Shown here one piece after another: positions 9,321-19,600 of a stretch of DNA of 64,000 bases (position 1 is its first letter; the number at the start of each line of letters is the position of its first letter). The stretch spans positions 10,726-74,725 of the forward strand of contig JAZUAM010000006.1 in assembly GCA_045637985.1 (NCBI GenBank). Direction: 5' to 3'. The DNA comes from Alphaproteobacteria bacterium (GTDB lineage Bacteria > Pseudomonadota > Alphaproteobacteria > RF32 > CAG-239). The translations under genes were made by a program, and so were the position numbers. The notes below the pieces were generated by a model. The model did no database searches and had not been told where the DNA came from. It was given only the letters and a program-made list of their open reading frames with translations.

Positions 9321-9443
9321 ATACATATTTTGCTTGTAGAATCGCAAAAGTTGATATAACCTAGCCCCGACAATTTTGTGTTGGGGCTTTTTTGCACCTG
9401 ACATACGTTTTAACAAAAGCTTACGAAAGGAGCTATATTTACC

Positions 9444-12146
9444 ATGAGTAAATGGGTTTATACATTTGGAAACGGTAGCGCCGAAGGCGATGCCAGCATG
9501 CGTAATCTCCTTGGTGGTAAGGGTGCTAACTTGGCTGAAATGAATACAGTCGGTTTGCCTGTTCCTCCGGGATTTACAGTTACAACTGAAGTTTGTACAT
9601 ACTACTATGATAACAACAAAACTTATCCTTCTGATTTGAAAGATCAAGTTCGTCAAGCTGTTGCTTATGTTGAAGGTATTATGGGCAAAAAATTTGCTGA
9701 TGCCGAAAATCCGTTGTTGTTCTCTGTGCGTTCAGGTGCAAGAGTTTCAATGCCGGGTATGATGGATACCGTTTTGAACCTTGGTTTGAATGATGAAACA
9801 GTTAAGGCTTTGGCTAAAGCATCCGGTTCTGAAAGATTTGCGTATGATTCTTATCGTCGTTTCTTGCAAATGTTCTCAGACGTTGTTTTGGGTGCAGATA
9901 TTGATTTGTACGAAGAAGCTTTGGAAAATATGAAAAAATCTAAAGGTTATGCTTCTGATACAGACATGACAGCCGAAGATTTGAAAGAATTGGTAAATCA
10001 ATACAAAGCTATCGGTGAAAAATTGGGTAAAGTTGTTCCGCAAGATCCTTGGGATCAATTGTGGGCAGGTATCGGTGCTGTGTTTGGTTCTTGGATGGCT
10101 GCACGTGCTATTACCTATCGTAAATTGAACAACATTCCTGGTGACTGGGGTACAGCCGTTAACGTTCAGACCATGGTATTCGGTAATGCCGGTGACGATT
10201 GTGCAACAGGTGTTTGCTTCTCTCGTGACCCTGCAACACGTGAAAATGTTTACTATGGTGAATATTTGATTAATGCTCAAGGTGAAGACGTTGTGGCCGG
10301 TATTCGTACTCCACAACCGATGGCTTCTATCAATGATGGTACTTCTTTGGAAGAAAAATGGCCTCACTTGTATCAAGAATTGGTTGATGTAAGAGAAAAA
10401 TTGGAAGCTCACTACAAAGACATGCAAGATATGGAATTCACCATTGAACACGGAAAACTTTGGATGTTGCAATGCCGTAACGGTAAAAGAACTGCAGCTG
10501 CCGCTGTAAGAATGGCCGTTGAAATGGTTGAAGAAGGCATGCTTTCTAAAGAAGAAGCTATTATGAGAGTTGGTGCTGATCAATTAGACCAATTGTTGCA
10601 CCCGATGCTTGATCCTAAAGCAAAGAGAAATGTTATTGCTACCGGTTTGCCGGCTTCTCCAGGTGCTGCCGTAGGTCGTGCAGTATTTAATGCTGAAGAT
10701 GCTGAAGCTTGGGCTAACAGAGGCGAAAAAGTTATTCTTATCCGTAACGAAACTTCTCCGGAAGATATCGGCGGTATGCACGCTTCTCAAGGTGTGATTA
10801 CTGCTCGCGGTGGTATGACATCTCACGCAGCCGTGGTTGCTCGTGGTATGGGTACTCCTTGCGTTTCAGGTTCTAACGATATTACAATCAGCTATGCCAA
10901 CAAAACTATGACAACTAAGTCCGGTGTTGTTATTAAAGAAGGTGATTGGGTATCTTTGGATGGTGCTAAAGGTCAAATTATCGAAGGTGAAATTCCTACA
11001 GTTAAAGCTGATACAAATACAGGTAACTTCGGTAAATTGATGAGCTGGGTTGACGAAATCAGAGTATTGAAAGTTCGTGCTAATGCCGAAACTCCGAAAG
11101 ATGCTCAAACAGCTCGTGATTTCGGTGCTCAAGGTATCGGTTTGGCTCGTACAGAACACATGTTCTTTGATGCAAACAGAATCGGCGATATGCGTGCTAT
11201 GATTTTGTCTGACAACGAAGAAGGTCGTAGAGCTGCTTTGGCAAAATTGTTGCCATACCAAAAGCAAGACTTCAAAGATTTGTTCAAAATTATGGATGGT
11301 CTGCCGGTTACTGTTCGTTTGCTTGACCCACCACTTCACGAATTTTTGCCTCATACAGAAGCTGAAATGAAAGAATTGGCTGATAAACTTGGTGTTACGT
11401 TAGAACACATCAAAAACAGAGCCGCATCTTTGCATGAAGCTAACCCGATGTTAGGTCACCGTGGTTGTCGTTTGGCAGTTACATATCCTGAAATTGCCGA
11501 AATGCAAGCTCGTGCTATTTTGGAAGCAGCTTTGGAATGTCAAGCTGAAGGTGTTAAAGTAACTCCTGAAATTGAAGTTCCTTTGACAGGTTCTAAGAAA
11601 GAGTTGGATATCGTTAAGAATGTTATCGATACAACAGCTAACCAAGTATTTGCTGAAAAAGGTGCTAAAGTTAACTATATCGTTGGTACAATGATTGAGT
11701 TGCCGAGAGCTGCTTTGATGGCTGAAGAAATTGCCGAATCTGCTGCATTCTTCGGTTTTGGTACAAACGACTTGACTCAAACAACTTTGGGTATGAGCCG
11801 TGACGATACAGGTGCTATTTTGGACGAATACAGAGCCAAAGGTGTTTACGTCGCAGATCCGTTTGCTTCTATTGATGTTGACGGCGTTGGTAAATTGGTT
11901 GCTCGCGCTTGCCGTAAAGGTCGTGAAACCAATGCAGACATCCACTTGGGTGTTTGCGGTGAACATGGTGGTGATCCGAAATCAATCGAGTTCTTCCACA
12001 AGGTTGGTTTGGATTATGTATCTTGTTCTCCATACCGTGTACCGGTTGCTCGTTTGGCTGCCGCTCAAGCTGCAGTTAAATTCGGCAAAGATCGTACAGT
12101 AGGCGGTGAAAACAACGGTTCTTGCTGTTGCCGTAAAGCTAGCTAG
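9444..12146 (+). CDS. ppdK: Pyruvate, phosphate dikinase
   Basis: 900 aa. N-terminus MSKWVYTFGNGSAEGDASMRNLLGGKGANLAEM, phosphohistidine region GGMTSHAAVVARGMG, and a PEP-utilising C-terminal domain (GLARTEHMF..., FFGFGTNDLTQ). AAAGGAG RBS. Confidence 0.97.
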   Translation: MSKWVYTFGNGSAEGDASMRNLLGGKGANLAEMNTVGLPVPPGFTVTTEVCTYYYDNNKTYPSDLKDQVRQAVAYVEGIMGKKFADAENPLLFSVRSGARVSMPGMMDTVLNLGLNDETVKALAKASGSERFAYDSYRRFLQMFSDVVLGADIDLYEEALENMKKSKGYASDTDMTAEDLKELVNQYKAIGEKLGKVVPQDPWDQLWAGIGAVFGSWMAARAITYRKLNNIPGDWGTAVNVQTMVFGNAGDDCATGVCFSRDPATRENVYYGEYLINAQGEDVVAGIRTPQPMASINDGTSLEEKWPHLYQELVDVREKLEAHYKDMQDMEFTIEHGKLWMLQCRNGKRTAAAAVRMAVEMVEEGMLSKEEAIMRVGADQLDQLLHPMLDPKAKRNVIATGLPASPGAAVGRAVFNAEDAEAWANRGEKVILIRNETSPEDIGGMHASQGVITARGGMTSHAAVVARGMGTPCVSGSNDITISYANKTMTTKSGVVIKEGDWVSLDGAKGQIIEGEIPTVKADTNTGNFGKLMSWVDEIRVLKVRANAETPKDAQTARDFGAQGIGLARTEHMFFDANRIGDMRAMILSDNEEGRRAALAKLLPYQKQDFKDLFKIMDGLPVTVRLLDPPLHEFLPHTEAEMKELADKLGVTLEHIKNRAASLHEANPMLGHRGCRLAVTYPEIAEMQARAILEAALECQAEGVKVTPEIEVPLTGSKKELDIVKNVIDTTANQVFAEKGAKVNYIVGTMIELPRAALMAEEIAESAAFFGFGTNDLTQTTLGMSRDDTGAILDEYRAKGVYVADPFASIDVDGVGKLVARACRKGRETNADIHLGVCGEHGGDPKSIEFFHKVGLDYVSCSPYRVPVARLAAAQAAVKFGKDRTVGGENNGSCCCRKAS

Positions 12147-12171
12147 TTTACAGGATTATTTGTAAACGCAA

Positions 12172-12204
12172 GGGTTCAAAAATTTTATTTTTGAACCCTT
12201 TTTT
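12172..12204 (+). terminator. Rho-independent terminator after ppdK
   Basis: GGGTTCAAAAA (12172-12182) / TTTTTGAACCC (12188-12198), followed by TTTTTT. Confidence 0.8.
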
Positions 12205-12232
12205 GTGCGTAAATTAGTGGTGGTAGATTTTG

Positions 12233-13903
12233 TTATATCTTTTGGCAAGCTTTCTCCAACCATTTCTTTGTGTCTTTATCAACCAATGATGCCAATGTTG
12301 AAAAAACTTTTTGATGATATTGATTGATATAATTTATTTCTTTTTCTGTGAGATATTTTTTGTTTATTAAACGTATATCAAAAGGAACAAGAGTTAATGG
12401 GGTAAATTGAAGCATTTGAGGAGTGGAAGCGGTTTCTGTTATTACAGCGAGATTTTCAATGCGTATACCATATTCGTTTTCCTTATAGAATCCCGGCTCT
12501 ATTGATAGAATCATGTCTTTTTTTAAAGGAGATAAACTTTTAGAAGAAAGGGATTGCGGACCTTCATGTACATCTAAAAAGTGTCCCACACCATGTCCTG
12601 TTCCATGAGCATAATCCTTACCATATTGCCATAATGTTGCACGAGCTAAAGTATCTAAGCAAGAGCCGGAAGTATTATGCGGGAAATATGCTGATGCTAC
12701 CGCAATATGTGCTTTTAGAACTTCGGTATATGAATCAATTATTTCTTGTGAAGGTGTTCCAATAGCAATAGTTCTTGTAATATCTGTTGTGCCATCAAAA
12801 TATTGAGCGCCACTGTCAAGAAGCAATACATTATTTTCGCTTAATTTCAGATTGGTTTTTGGAGTGGGATGATAATGAATAATGGCAGCATTAGGACCGA
12901 ATCCGGCAATTGTATTGAAACTGTCGGAGTAAAAGTTTTTGTTTGATATTCGAAAACTCGATAATTGTTCAATAAGGCTTATTTCATCTTGTCCTTGGTA
13001 GTTGTTTTCTAACCAAGATAAAAATTGGCATACGGATACACCATCGCGTATATGAGCCGCTTTTATTCCTTCAATCTCTATGGGATTTTTTATAGCTTTC
13101 CATTCAACAATCGGGTTGTTGGAATTGTGTAACCAAACTTGTTTTTCTTTTATAATTGATTGTATTTTTTTCGGTGTTCGGTTAAAGGCTGTTCCGATGG
13201 TTCTTCCTTTGTATTTTTCCAATTCTTTGTATAGAGGTGAAAAATCATTGATGAATAAACTGACTTCACCGTTAGCAGATACCAGAGCAAATGCTCTCAA
13301 TATGGGAGTGTTTTTAATTAGGTCGGAACGAAGATTCATCAGCCAAGATACACAATCGCATTCACATATCAGAAAGGCATCTAATTTGTTTTCAAGACAA
13401 AAGTTCGTCAAATAAGATATTTTTTCATCAGATGAAACTCCGGCAAATTGTTCTTCAAGTTCAAAAATGTTTGCTTCGGTTGATGATATTCTGTTGCCTA
13501 AGATATTTGATTTGTCTTCAATAAATTCATGATGTGATAATGAGCGTTTCCAGTAATCAACTTCGGAAATGCTGTGACACCAAGGATTGTAAAGAAATTT
13601 ACAATAATTTTTTATATTATTGTGTATCCAAGAGCCAATAGAATCGCGAGTGCATACGACTTCTATTTGTTGAGGATTGGTTTGTTCACGGGCTTGGATA
13701 TCATAACGGCCATCAACCAAAAGATAGGCTTTATCTCTAAATATTATCATATTACCGGCAGATCCGTCGAAACCGCTTAGTTCCAATATTTTATTTTCGG
13801 ATGGTAATACGTCTTGTCCGATGAACATATTATTGCGTGTTAAAATATAGGCATCAATGTTTTGGTTGGTAAGATATTTTTGAATTTCTGTAATTGTGTT
13901 CAT
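12233..13903 (-). CDS. Aminopeptidase P family (M24B Xaa-Pro aminopeptidase)
   Basis: 556 aa. Metal-ligand pattern of the M24 pita-bread fold (DSGAQY...DITRT...HGTGHGVGHFLDVHEGPQ...SIEPGFY...IRIEN). Confidence 0.85.
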   Translation of the reverse strand: MNTITEIQKYLTNQNIDAYILTRNNMFIGQDVLPSENKILELSGFDGSAGNMIIFRDKAYLLVDGRYDIQAREQTNPQQIEVVCTRDSIGSWIHNNIKNYCKFLYNPWCHSISEVDYWKRSLSHHEFIEDKSNILGNRISSTEANIFELEEQFAGVSSDEKISYLTNFCLENKLDAFLICECDCVSWLMNLRSDLIKNTPILRAFALVSANGEVSLFINDFSPLYKELEKYKGRTIGTAFNRTPKKIQSIIKEKQVWLHNSNNPIVEWKAIKNPIEIEGIKAAHIRDGVSVCQFLSWLENNYQGQDEISLIEQLSSFRISNKNFYSDSFNTIAGFGPNAAIIHYHPTPKTNLKLSENNVLLLDSGAQYFDGTTDITRTIAIGTPSQEIIDSYTEVLKAHIAVASAYFPHNTSGSCLDTLARATLWQYGKDYAHGTGHGVGHFLDVHEGPQSLSSKSLSPLKKDMILSIEPGFYKENEYGIRIENLAVITETASTPQMLQFTPLTLVPFDIRLINKKYLTEKEINYINQYHQKVFSTLASLVDKDTKKWLEKACQKI

Positions 13904-13907
13904 TTCT

Positions 13908-14771
13908 TTAAGCCTTTTGCATTAGAGCTGTACGCCAGTTATCAGTAGAATATAGTTTGATTAATTTTAATCCGAGTTTTTCGTGTGCAGATATTACATC
14001 GTTTACTTGATTATCTACAAAACCGGAAAGGATGCAATATCCGTTTTGTTTAAGATTTTGTTGTAAATCTTCAGCAAAAGAGATTAGAGGATTTGCCAAA
14101 ATGTTACTTAAAATGAGATCATAGGGCGCAGATTGTTTAATCAACGGATTATTATATCCGTCACTTTGGACTGCGTTTATTTGATTGCTTAAGTTATTAT
14201 TTTGAGCATTGCCTGAGGTAACTATTACTGCTTCATTATCAATATCACCGGCAATAATGTTCGTTTCAGTCCAAAGTTTGGCTGAACAAAGAGAAAGGAT
14301 TCCGGAACCTGTTCCGATATCTAAAATTTTATCAGGAATAAAACCTTGCTTGTTTAATTCGGATATAGCGCTGATGCATCCTTGAGTGGTTTGATGATTG
14401 GAACCGAAAGCTGTTGCAGCATATATTTGAAGGGGTATTTTATCCGTTTGCGGTGTTTCTTTTTCATGAATGCCGTAAATGCAAAAATCGGCTATTTCAA
14501 AGGAGGGAAATTCAATTACATAATCTTTGAGCCAGTTTTCGCTTTCCAATTTTTCTATTTTGTATTTAGGAAGAGTTATGCCGTAATAATTTGCAGCTTT
14601 TATCATTTGTTCTTCGTTTAGAGGATTGCCGGAGTAGCCAACAAATTCGTCGTAGCCGTCGTTTTGATAGTTTTGTGAAAAAACCTCAAAAAAATCACTC
14701 ATAAAGTTTTCAAATTCAGCGGAAGGTTTTTGAGATAGATAAAAGCTTACTTGCCAACATGTTGAAGTCAT
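13908..14771 (-). CDS. prmA: Ribosomal protein L11 methyltransferase
   Basis: 287 aa. SAM-binding motif ILDIGTGSGILS and overall PrmA layout (N-terminal substrate domain plus class I methyltransferase). Confidence 0.8.
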   Translation of the reverse strand: MTSTCWQVSFYLSQKPSAEFENFMSDFFEVFSQNYQNDGYDEFVGYSGNPLNEEQMIKAANYYGITLPKYKIEKLESENWLKDYVIEFPSFEIADFCIYGIHEKETPQTDKIPLQIYAATAFGSNHQTTQGCISAISELNKQGFIPDKILDIGTGSGILSLCSAKLWTETNIIAGDIDNEAVIVTSGNAQNNNLSNQINAVQSDGYNNPLIKQSAPYDLILSNILANPLISFAEDLQQNLKQNGYCILSGFVDNQVNDVISAHEKLGLKLIKLYSTDNWRTALMQKA

Positions 14772-14882
14772 TGTTTGTATTTATCCTATTGTCTGTTATA
14801 AATTTATTTACTAAATTTAGTTTATGATATAATAATTAAAAATAGATTTATATATTCATTTGTTAATCTGAGAAGATGGGCT

Positions 14883-15662
14883 ATGAGGAAAAATATTTTT
14901 TATTTGTCAGTTGTTTTGTTATTAGCCGGATGTGTACGGGCCGGTGATTATGATTTGTTGCCTGTAAGAGCAAAGGTTTTTAATACTATAAATGGTCTTT
15001 CTATAGAGTTTAATGAAGGGGAAGAAGAATTTGTTTCGTCACAGAGTTTGCGTGAACATGAATATGTAATGAACAAAGCAATCACGGTTCAGAAAGGCGA
15101 AGCGATTTTAAGCGATAAAACCTTTGATAAAGATACGTATCGCAAATGGATTTATCGTCCGAATAAAAAAGGAGCCATTAATTCATCAGCTTATACAATG
15201 AAACTTGATAATAAAAAAGAGTATGATGTTGTAGGTTGGGTAAATTTTAACGGAGACAGATATTCGTTGTTGGATAGCGGTGTTAACGATTATGTATTTT
15301 TATTTGATGAATATGGGCGTTTTTATAAGCATGCAGGTAGAATAGAAGATGGTCGTTTGATTGTTTTGGATGAGGATATTTTTGCTTATCCGTCGGATGT
15401 TAAAATGCAAACAATTGCAAAAATGCGAGATGAGGTAAGCAATGTAAAAAACGGATATGAAGTAAAATATGCGGGAACTAAGTTAGATAGAATATGGTTT
15501 GATTATATGGATTATGATCCGGTGTATAATGAAGGCGGATCTTTTGAAAAGTTAAATTTTCCAAATAAGCCGGGGCTTATTATGATTAACGGTAAAGGTT
15601 TGCGGGTATTGGATGCTGATAAAGATTCGATTACTTATATGATTCTTAAGGCTGACGAATGA
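14883..15662 (+). CDS. Hypothetical lipoprotein
   Basis: Lipobox-type N-terminus MRKNIFYLSVVLLLAGC. No family recognised. Confidence 0.5.
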   Translation: MRKNIFYLSVVLLLAGCVRAGDYDLLPVRAKVFNTINGLSIEFNEGEEEFVSSQSLREHEYVMNKAITVQKGEAILSDKTFDKDTYRKWIYRPNKKGAINSSAYTMKLDNKKEYDVVGWVNFNGDRYSLLDSGVNDYVFLFDEYGRFYKHAGRIEDGRLIVLDEDIFAYPSDVKMQTIAKMRDEVSNVKNGYEVKYAGTKLDRIWFDYMDYDPVYNEGGSFEKLNFPNKPGLIMINGKGLRVLDADKDSITYMILKADE

Positions 15663-15683
15663 TATTTTGTTGTTAAGAAGGAT

Positions 15684-15708
15684 AACCCGCTAGAAATAGC
15701 GGGTTTTT
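15684..15708 (+). terminator. Rho-independent terminator after the lipoprotein gene
   Basis: AACCCGC (15684-15690) / GCGGGTT (15699-15705) with a T run. Confidence 0.7.
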
Positions 15709-15774
15709 GTTTACTATTTATTTAATAGTTTGAGATATTAGATTAAAAAGAAAAATATAAAGGTTGGATTGCGT

Positions 15775-16458
15775 ATGATTGTTGAAGAAATTGTTCATGT
15801 TAACGGAATTCCTAAGAAAGTGGTTGTGTTTCTGCATGGGTATCAGGATACGGCTGAACATATTGATTATAAGACAAAAGAATTGCAAAAAATTAGAGAT
15901 TTGGCGTTGCATATTCCTCAGGCACCGTTTGTTAATGAAGTTGATTCAACAAAAAGGCAGTGGTATTCCATACATCAGTTTGATCCGAATGATAGTAGGC
16001 GCAAGACGGCATCATGGGAGGAGTTTGTTGAGTTTTATAATAAAATGACTTTGGGTTTGGCCGAAGCAAATCATTATATTTTGGAATATGTTGACGGCTT
16101 GTTAAATGAATATGGTTTGGGATATGAGGATTTGTTTTTGTGTGGGTTTTCTCAAGGAGCAATGTGTGCTATTTATAGTGGATTGATGTGTCCATATAAA
16201 ATAGCAGGTGTGGTTAGCTTTAGTGGTATTTTGGCCGCAAAAGGGTATATAGAAAAGTATGTAGAGAGCAGACCTGATTGTTTGTTGCTGCATGGTTGCG
16301 ACGATGATAAAATAAGGGTTGATGCAGTAAAATATACAGCAGATGGTTTACGTGAATTAGGATGTCACGTTGATACTCTTAGTATTTGCGGAGCAAAACA
16401 TAAGATAACGGATGAAGCTATAAAAGCGGCCTGTTCTTTTATTGAAAAACGTATTTAA
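15775..16458 (+). CDS. Alpha/beta hydrolase, phospholipase/carboxylesterase family
   Basis: VVVFLHGY..., nucleophile elbow GFSQGA, and a late LLLHGCDDD...H pattern. ATG at 15775 preferred over the TTG at 15769. Confidence 0.7.
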   Translation: MIVEEIVHVNGIPKKVVVFLHGYQDTAEHIDYKTKELQKIRDLALHIPQAPFVNEVDSTKRQWYSIHQFDPNDSRRKTASWEEFVEFYNKMTLGLAEANHYILEYVDGLLNEYGLGYEDLFLCGFSQGAMCAIYSGLMCPYKIAGVVSFSGILAAKGYIEKYVESRPDCLLLHGCDDDKIRVDAVKYTADGLRELGCHVDTLSICGAKHKITDEAIKAACSFIEKRI

Positions 16459-17477
16459 ATGAATGGGTGAGATATAAGAAAACCACCATTTTCAATCATA
16501 TCATTTTGTTTAATATCTAAATTGAGCTTAGATATTGATCCGATATTCCGATCCAGTATTTGTAAGTAATTGCCGTGTAAAGGAATGAATTTTTTTATCC
16601 ATAAAGGTTCAATTCCAAGATCGGTCCATGTTTTTGAAGATGTTCCTATAAGATTTTGTAGTGATTTACTCTTAGTTGCGTTAAATGTATCAATATTTTG
16701 AGATGTTATATTTGCAGAAGCTGCCAGTTTGAGAGCATTGATAATCCAACGAACAGCAATATTTAGAGACGGATTGTTGCCGGCGGTATATGCTTTGATT
16801 GGGATATAAGTAATTTCTTCAGGTAAGATTTCTGCTTTTTCTGTGGCGTTCACATTTGAGACGATGTCTTTTATAAAAATTTCACTTCCTGAAACCAATT
16901 CACATCTGTTTATATAAAATGCTTCTTTTAGAGCTATCAATGAAGGCATTTCTAAAATTTTGAAACCCAAAGCATATTTTTGGTTGTACTCGTTGAGAAA
17001 CGCGGATGCATTGGAATTACGTAAAACGCATACTTTAGTATTTTTATAATCGTGCATTGAAGTTGCATTTTTTGTTTGTCGAGAGGCAAAAATTTGTCTA
17101 TCATAGTACAAAGTGTCTACCGGTGTTACAAAAAATTTTGCTTCTTCAGATGCTGAAAAAGAAGAGTTACCAAGCATAATATCTATTTGGGCAGAATTGA
17201 GTGCTTGTCCGATATTTTCTTTTTTTACGGGTATTAATTTGAATCTTTCCGGATCTCCTAAAAATGCGGCAGCTATTGCACGGCAAATGTCGGCATCAAA
17301 ACCATACCAATGATTATCTTGTTTGTAAGCTAACGATTTGTAGTCTTGAGATATTCCACAGGCAACATATTGGCGTTGATTGATTTGGTTTTTAGCTGAT
17401 GTATCAGGTGTATAAAAAAGTAATCCTGATAAAAGTAATCCTAAAAATAAGGGTTTTAGATTCATTTTGTTAACCAT
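16455..17477 (-). CDS. Periplasmic solute-binding protein (amino-acid ABC type, family 3), orphan
   Basis: 340 aa with a signal peptide (LFLGLLLSGLLFYTPDTSA) and the GFDADICRAIAAA motif typical of polar amino-acid binding proteins. No permease or ATPase gene is adjacent. Confidence 0.6.
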   Translation of the reverse strand: MVNKMNLKPLFLGLLLSGLLFYTPDTSAKNQINQRQYVACGISQDYKSLAYKQDNHWYGFDADICRAIAAAFLGDPERFKLIPVKKENIGQALNSAQIDIMLGNSSFSASEEAKFFVTPVDTLYYDRQIFASRQTKNATSMHDYKNTKVCVLRNSNASAFLNEYNQKYALGFKILEMPSLIALKEAFYINRCELVSGSEIFIKDIVSNVNATEKAEILPEEITYIPIKAYTAGNNPSLNIAVRWIINALKLAASANITSQNIDTFNATKSKSLQNLIGTSSKTWTDLGIEPLWIKKFIPLHGNYLQILDRNIGSISKLNLDIKQNDMIENGGFLISHPFI

Positions 17478-17529
17478 TTAGTGTTATAGTTTGTTGAGTG
17501 TTATTGATGTCAGTATAGGGTATTTTTGT

Positions 17530-18210
17530 ATGAAAAGTAAAATCTTTTTGTATTTTATCACAGGGTGTATTTTATTTTTTACTTCATATGTTTATTCGGC
17601 AACCAATTCATTATCTGATGAGGCGGTAATGTTTGCTGAAACTAAAGGTCGTGAAATTATACAAATATTTCAGGAACAGGATTTAGAAAAGCGGTATCAA
17701 AGATTGGATAAATTAATTGTAGAATGTATAGATATTGACTACATTGCAAAATTTGTTGTCGGTAAATATTGGCGTCAAATGTCCGACAAGCAACAAGAAG
17801 ATTATAGGATAATGTTTGAACGGTATGGATTGGCGTTTTATAAGACATTGCCATTGGAATATGCCAAAAATTTTGAGTATAATGTAGTAGGAGCTGCAGA
17901 AGAAGGTAAATTTGCTAATGTTTCTGTGAATTTGAAGGTTAAAATGGGAAATGATTGGCAAGATATATCTTTGGTATTTCGTTTACATAAACCTTTGGAT
18001 AAAATTAAATTGGTTGATGTAAAAGTTGCCGAAAGCAGTTTACTGTTATCGTATCGAGGTAAGTTTTATGAAATGATAGCAAGAAATGATGATGAAATAG
18101 ACTGGTTTTTAGAAGATTTTACGGATTTAACGCTATCAATGGAATATAATTTGAAGCAAAATTTATCGAATCAACAAAAATCCCTTGAATTTAGTACGGA
18201 AAAAAAGTAA
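17530..18210 (+). CDS. MlaC/Ttg2D-family phospholipid-binding protein
   Basis: Signal peptide plus the IDIDYIAKFVVGKYWRQMSDKQQEDYRIMFERYGLAFY pattern characteristic of the toluene-tolerance Ttg2D/MlaC family. ATG at 17530 preferred over the TTG at 17491. Confidence 0.65.
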   Translation: MKSKIFLYFITGCILFFTSYVYSATNSLSDEAVMFAETKGREIIQIFQEQDLEKRYQRLDKLIVECIDIDYIAKFVVGKYWRQMSDKQQEDYRIMFERYGLAFYKTLPLEYAKNFEYNVVGAAEEGKFANVSVNLKVKMGNDWQDISLVFRLHKPLDKIKLVDVKVAESSLLLSYRGKFYEMIARNDDEIDWFLEDFTDLTLSMEYNLKQNLSNQQKSLEFSTEKK

Positions 18211-18253
18211 TCTTACAACAATTTTTGAGCATTAATAATAAAGGTTTTTGTAT

Positions 18254-19576
18254 ATGAGTAATATAAAAGTTAGATTTGCACCAAGTCCTACGGGATGGAT
18301 GCATATCGGTAATACGCGTACGGCTGTGTTTAATTGGTTGTTGGCTAAGAAATTAGGTGGAAAATTTTTGCTTAGAATCGATGATACTGATGTAGCCCGT
18401 TCAAAAAAAGAATATGAAGATGCTATCAGAGATATTTTGGTATGGTTAGGGCTTAATTGGGATGAAGAAGCCAGACAATCGGCCAGAATTGACCGGTATA
18501 ACGATGTAGTAGAAAAACTTAAGTCTGAAGGGCGTATTTATGCTTGTTATGAAACTGCCGAAGAGTTGGAAGTTATGCGTAAAAAATTGATGGCTCAAGG
18601 CAGACCGCCAATTTATGATAGAGGTGCTTTGAAACTCAGTAATGAAGATATTGCTCGCTATGAAGCTGAAGGAAGAAAGCCGCATTATCGATTTAAATTA
18701 CTTCCCGGAGTGATAGAATGGGAAGATATGGTCAGAGGTAAGATTCATTATGATGCGGCAAATTTAGCTGATCCGGTGATCATCAGAGAAGATGGAAGTT
18801 ATCTTTATCATTTGCCATCGGTTATTGATGATTTTGATTTTGGAATTACACATATCATCCGTGGTGAAGATCATGTTACAAATACGGCAACACAAATTCA
18901 AATGTTTGAGGCCTTGGGGGGAGATGTTCCTTCGTTTGCGCATTTGCCGTTATTGACAGGTAAAGAAGGAAAGCTGTCTAAACGATTGGGGTCTTTAGGT
19001 GTTAGAGAATTGAGAGCTGAAGGCATAGAGAGTCTTGCAATTTGTTCATTTTTAGCAAAATTAGGAACGTCTGAAGCTATAGAACCCTTTTATGATTTAA
19101 ATAGTTTGGCTCAGTCTTTAGATTTATCTAAATTAGGACGTTCACAGCCGAAATTTGATGAAGAAGAATTGAAGTTGTTTAGTGCAAAATTTGTACGAGG
19201 AATGTCATATGAAAATGTTAAAAATAAAACATCTGTAGATGAACGTTTTTGGGATGCAGTAAAAGGTAATTTAGATAAAGTTGAAGAAGCTGCAATATGG
19301 TATGATATTTGTGTTAATAGTATTGTTCCTGTTGTGGAAGATGTAGAGTTGACAACAATGGCTGCGGATTTATTGCCGGCAGAACCATGGTCTGAGAATA
19401 CATATAGTGAGTGGATGAATTTGGTAAAAAGTAATACAAATAAAAAAGGAAAAGAGCTTTTTCATCCAATTCGTAAAGCCTTGACAGCTCAAGATAGTGG
19501 TCCGGAACTTAAAATATTGTTGCCGTTTATAGGTCGTGAGCGAGCATATAATCGTTTAAAAGGAAACAAAGCTTAG
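18254..19576 (+). CDS. gltX: Glutamate--tRNA ligase
   Basis: VRFAPSPTGWMHIGNTRTA (HIGH region) and KLSKRLGS (KMSKS region). ATG at 18254 preferred over the TTG at 18248. Confidence 0.93.
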   Translation: MSNIKVRFAPSPTGWMHIGNTRTAVFNWLLAKKLGGKFLLRIDDTDVARSKKEYEDAIRDILVWLGLNWDEEARQSARIDRYNDVVEKLKSEGRIYACYETAEELEVMRKKLMAQGRPPIYDRGALKLSNEDIARYEAEGRKPHYRFKLLPGVIEWEDMVRGKIHYDAANLADPVIIREDGSYLYHLPSVIDDFDFGITHIIRGEDHVTNTATQIQMFEALGGDVPSFAHLPLLTGKEGKLSKRLGSLGVRELRAEGIESLAICSFLAKLGTSEAIEPFYDLNSLAQSLDLSKLGRSQPKFDEEELKLFSAKFVRGMSYENVKNKTSVDERFWDAVKGNLDKVEEAAIWYDICVNSIVPVVEDVELTTMAADLLPAEPWSENTYSEWMNLVKSNTNKKGKELFHPIRKALTAQDSGPELKILLPFIGRERAYNRLKGNKA

Positions 19577-19600
19577 ATGATTTAATGAGGTGGTGTAATT

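Noticed and set aside
9876-11966. Several long minus-strand ORFs (235, 80, 162 and 171 aa) antisense to ppdK
   Set aside because: They lie entirely inside a 900-aa gene with unmistakable PPDK motifs. Their products are low-complexity (F/N/S/T/C-rich), typical of antisense frames of a codon-biased gene, and they have no RBS.
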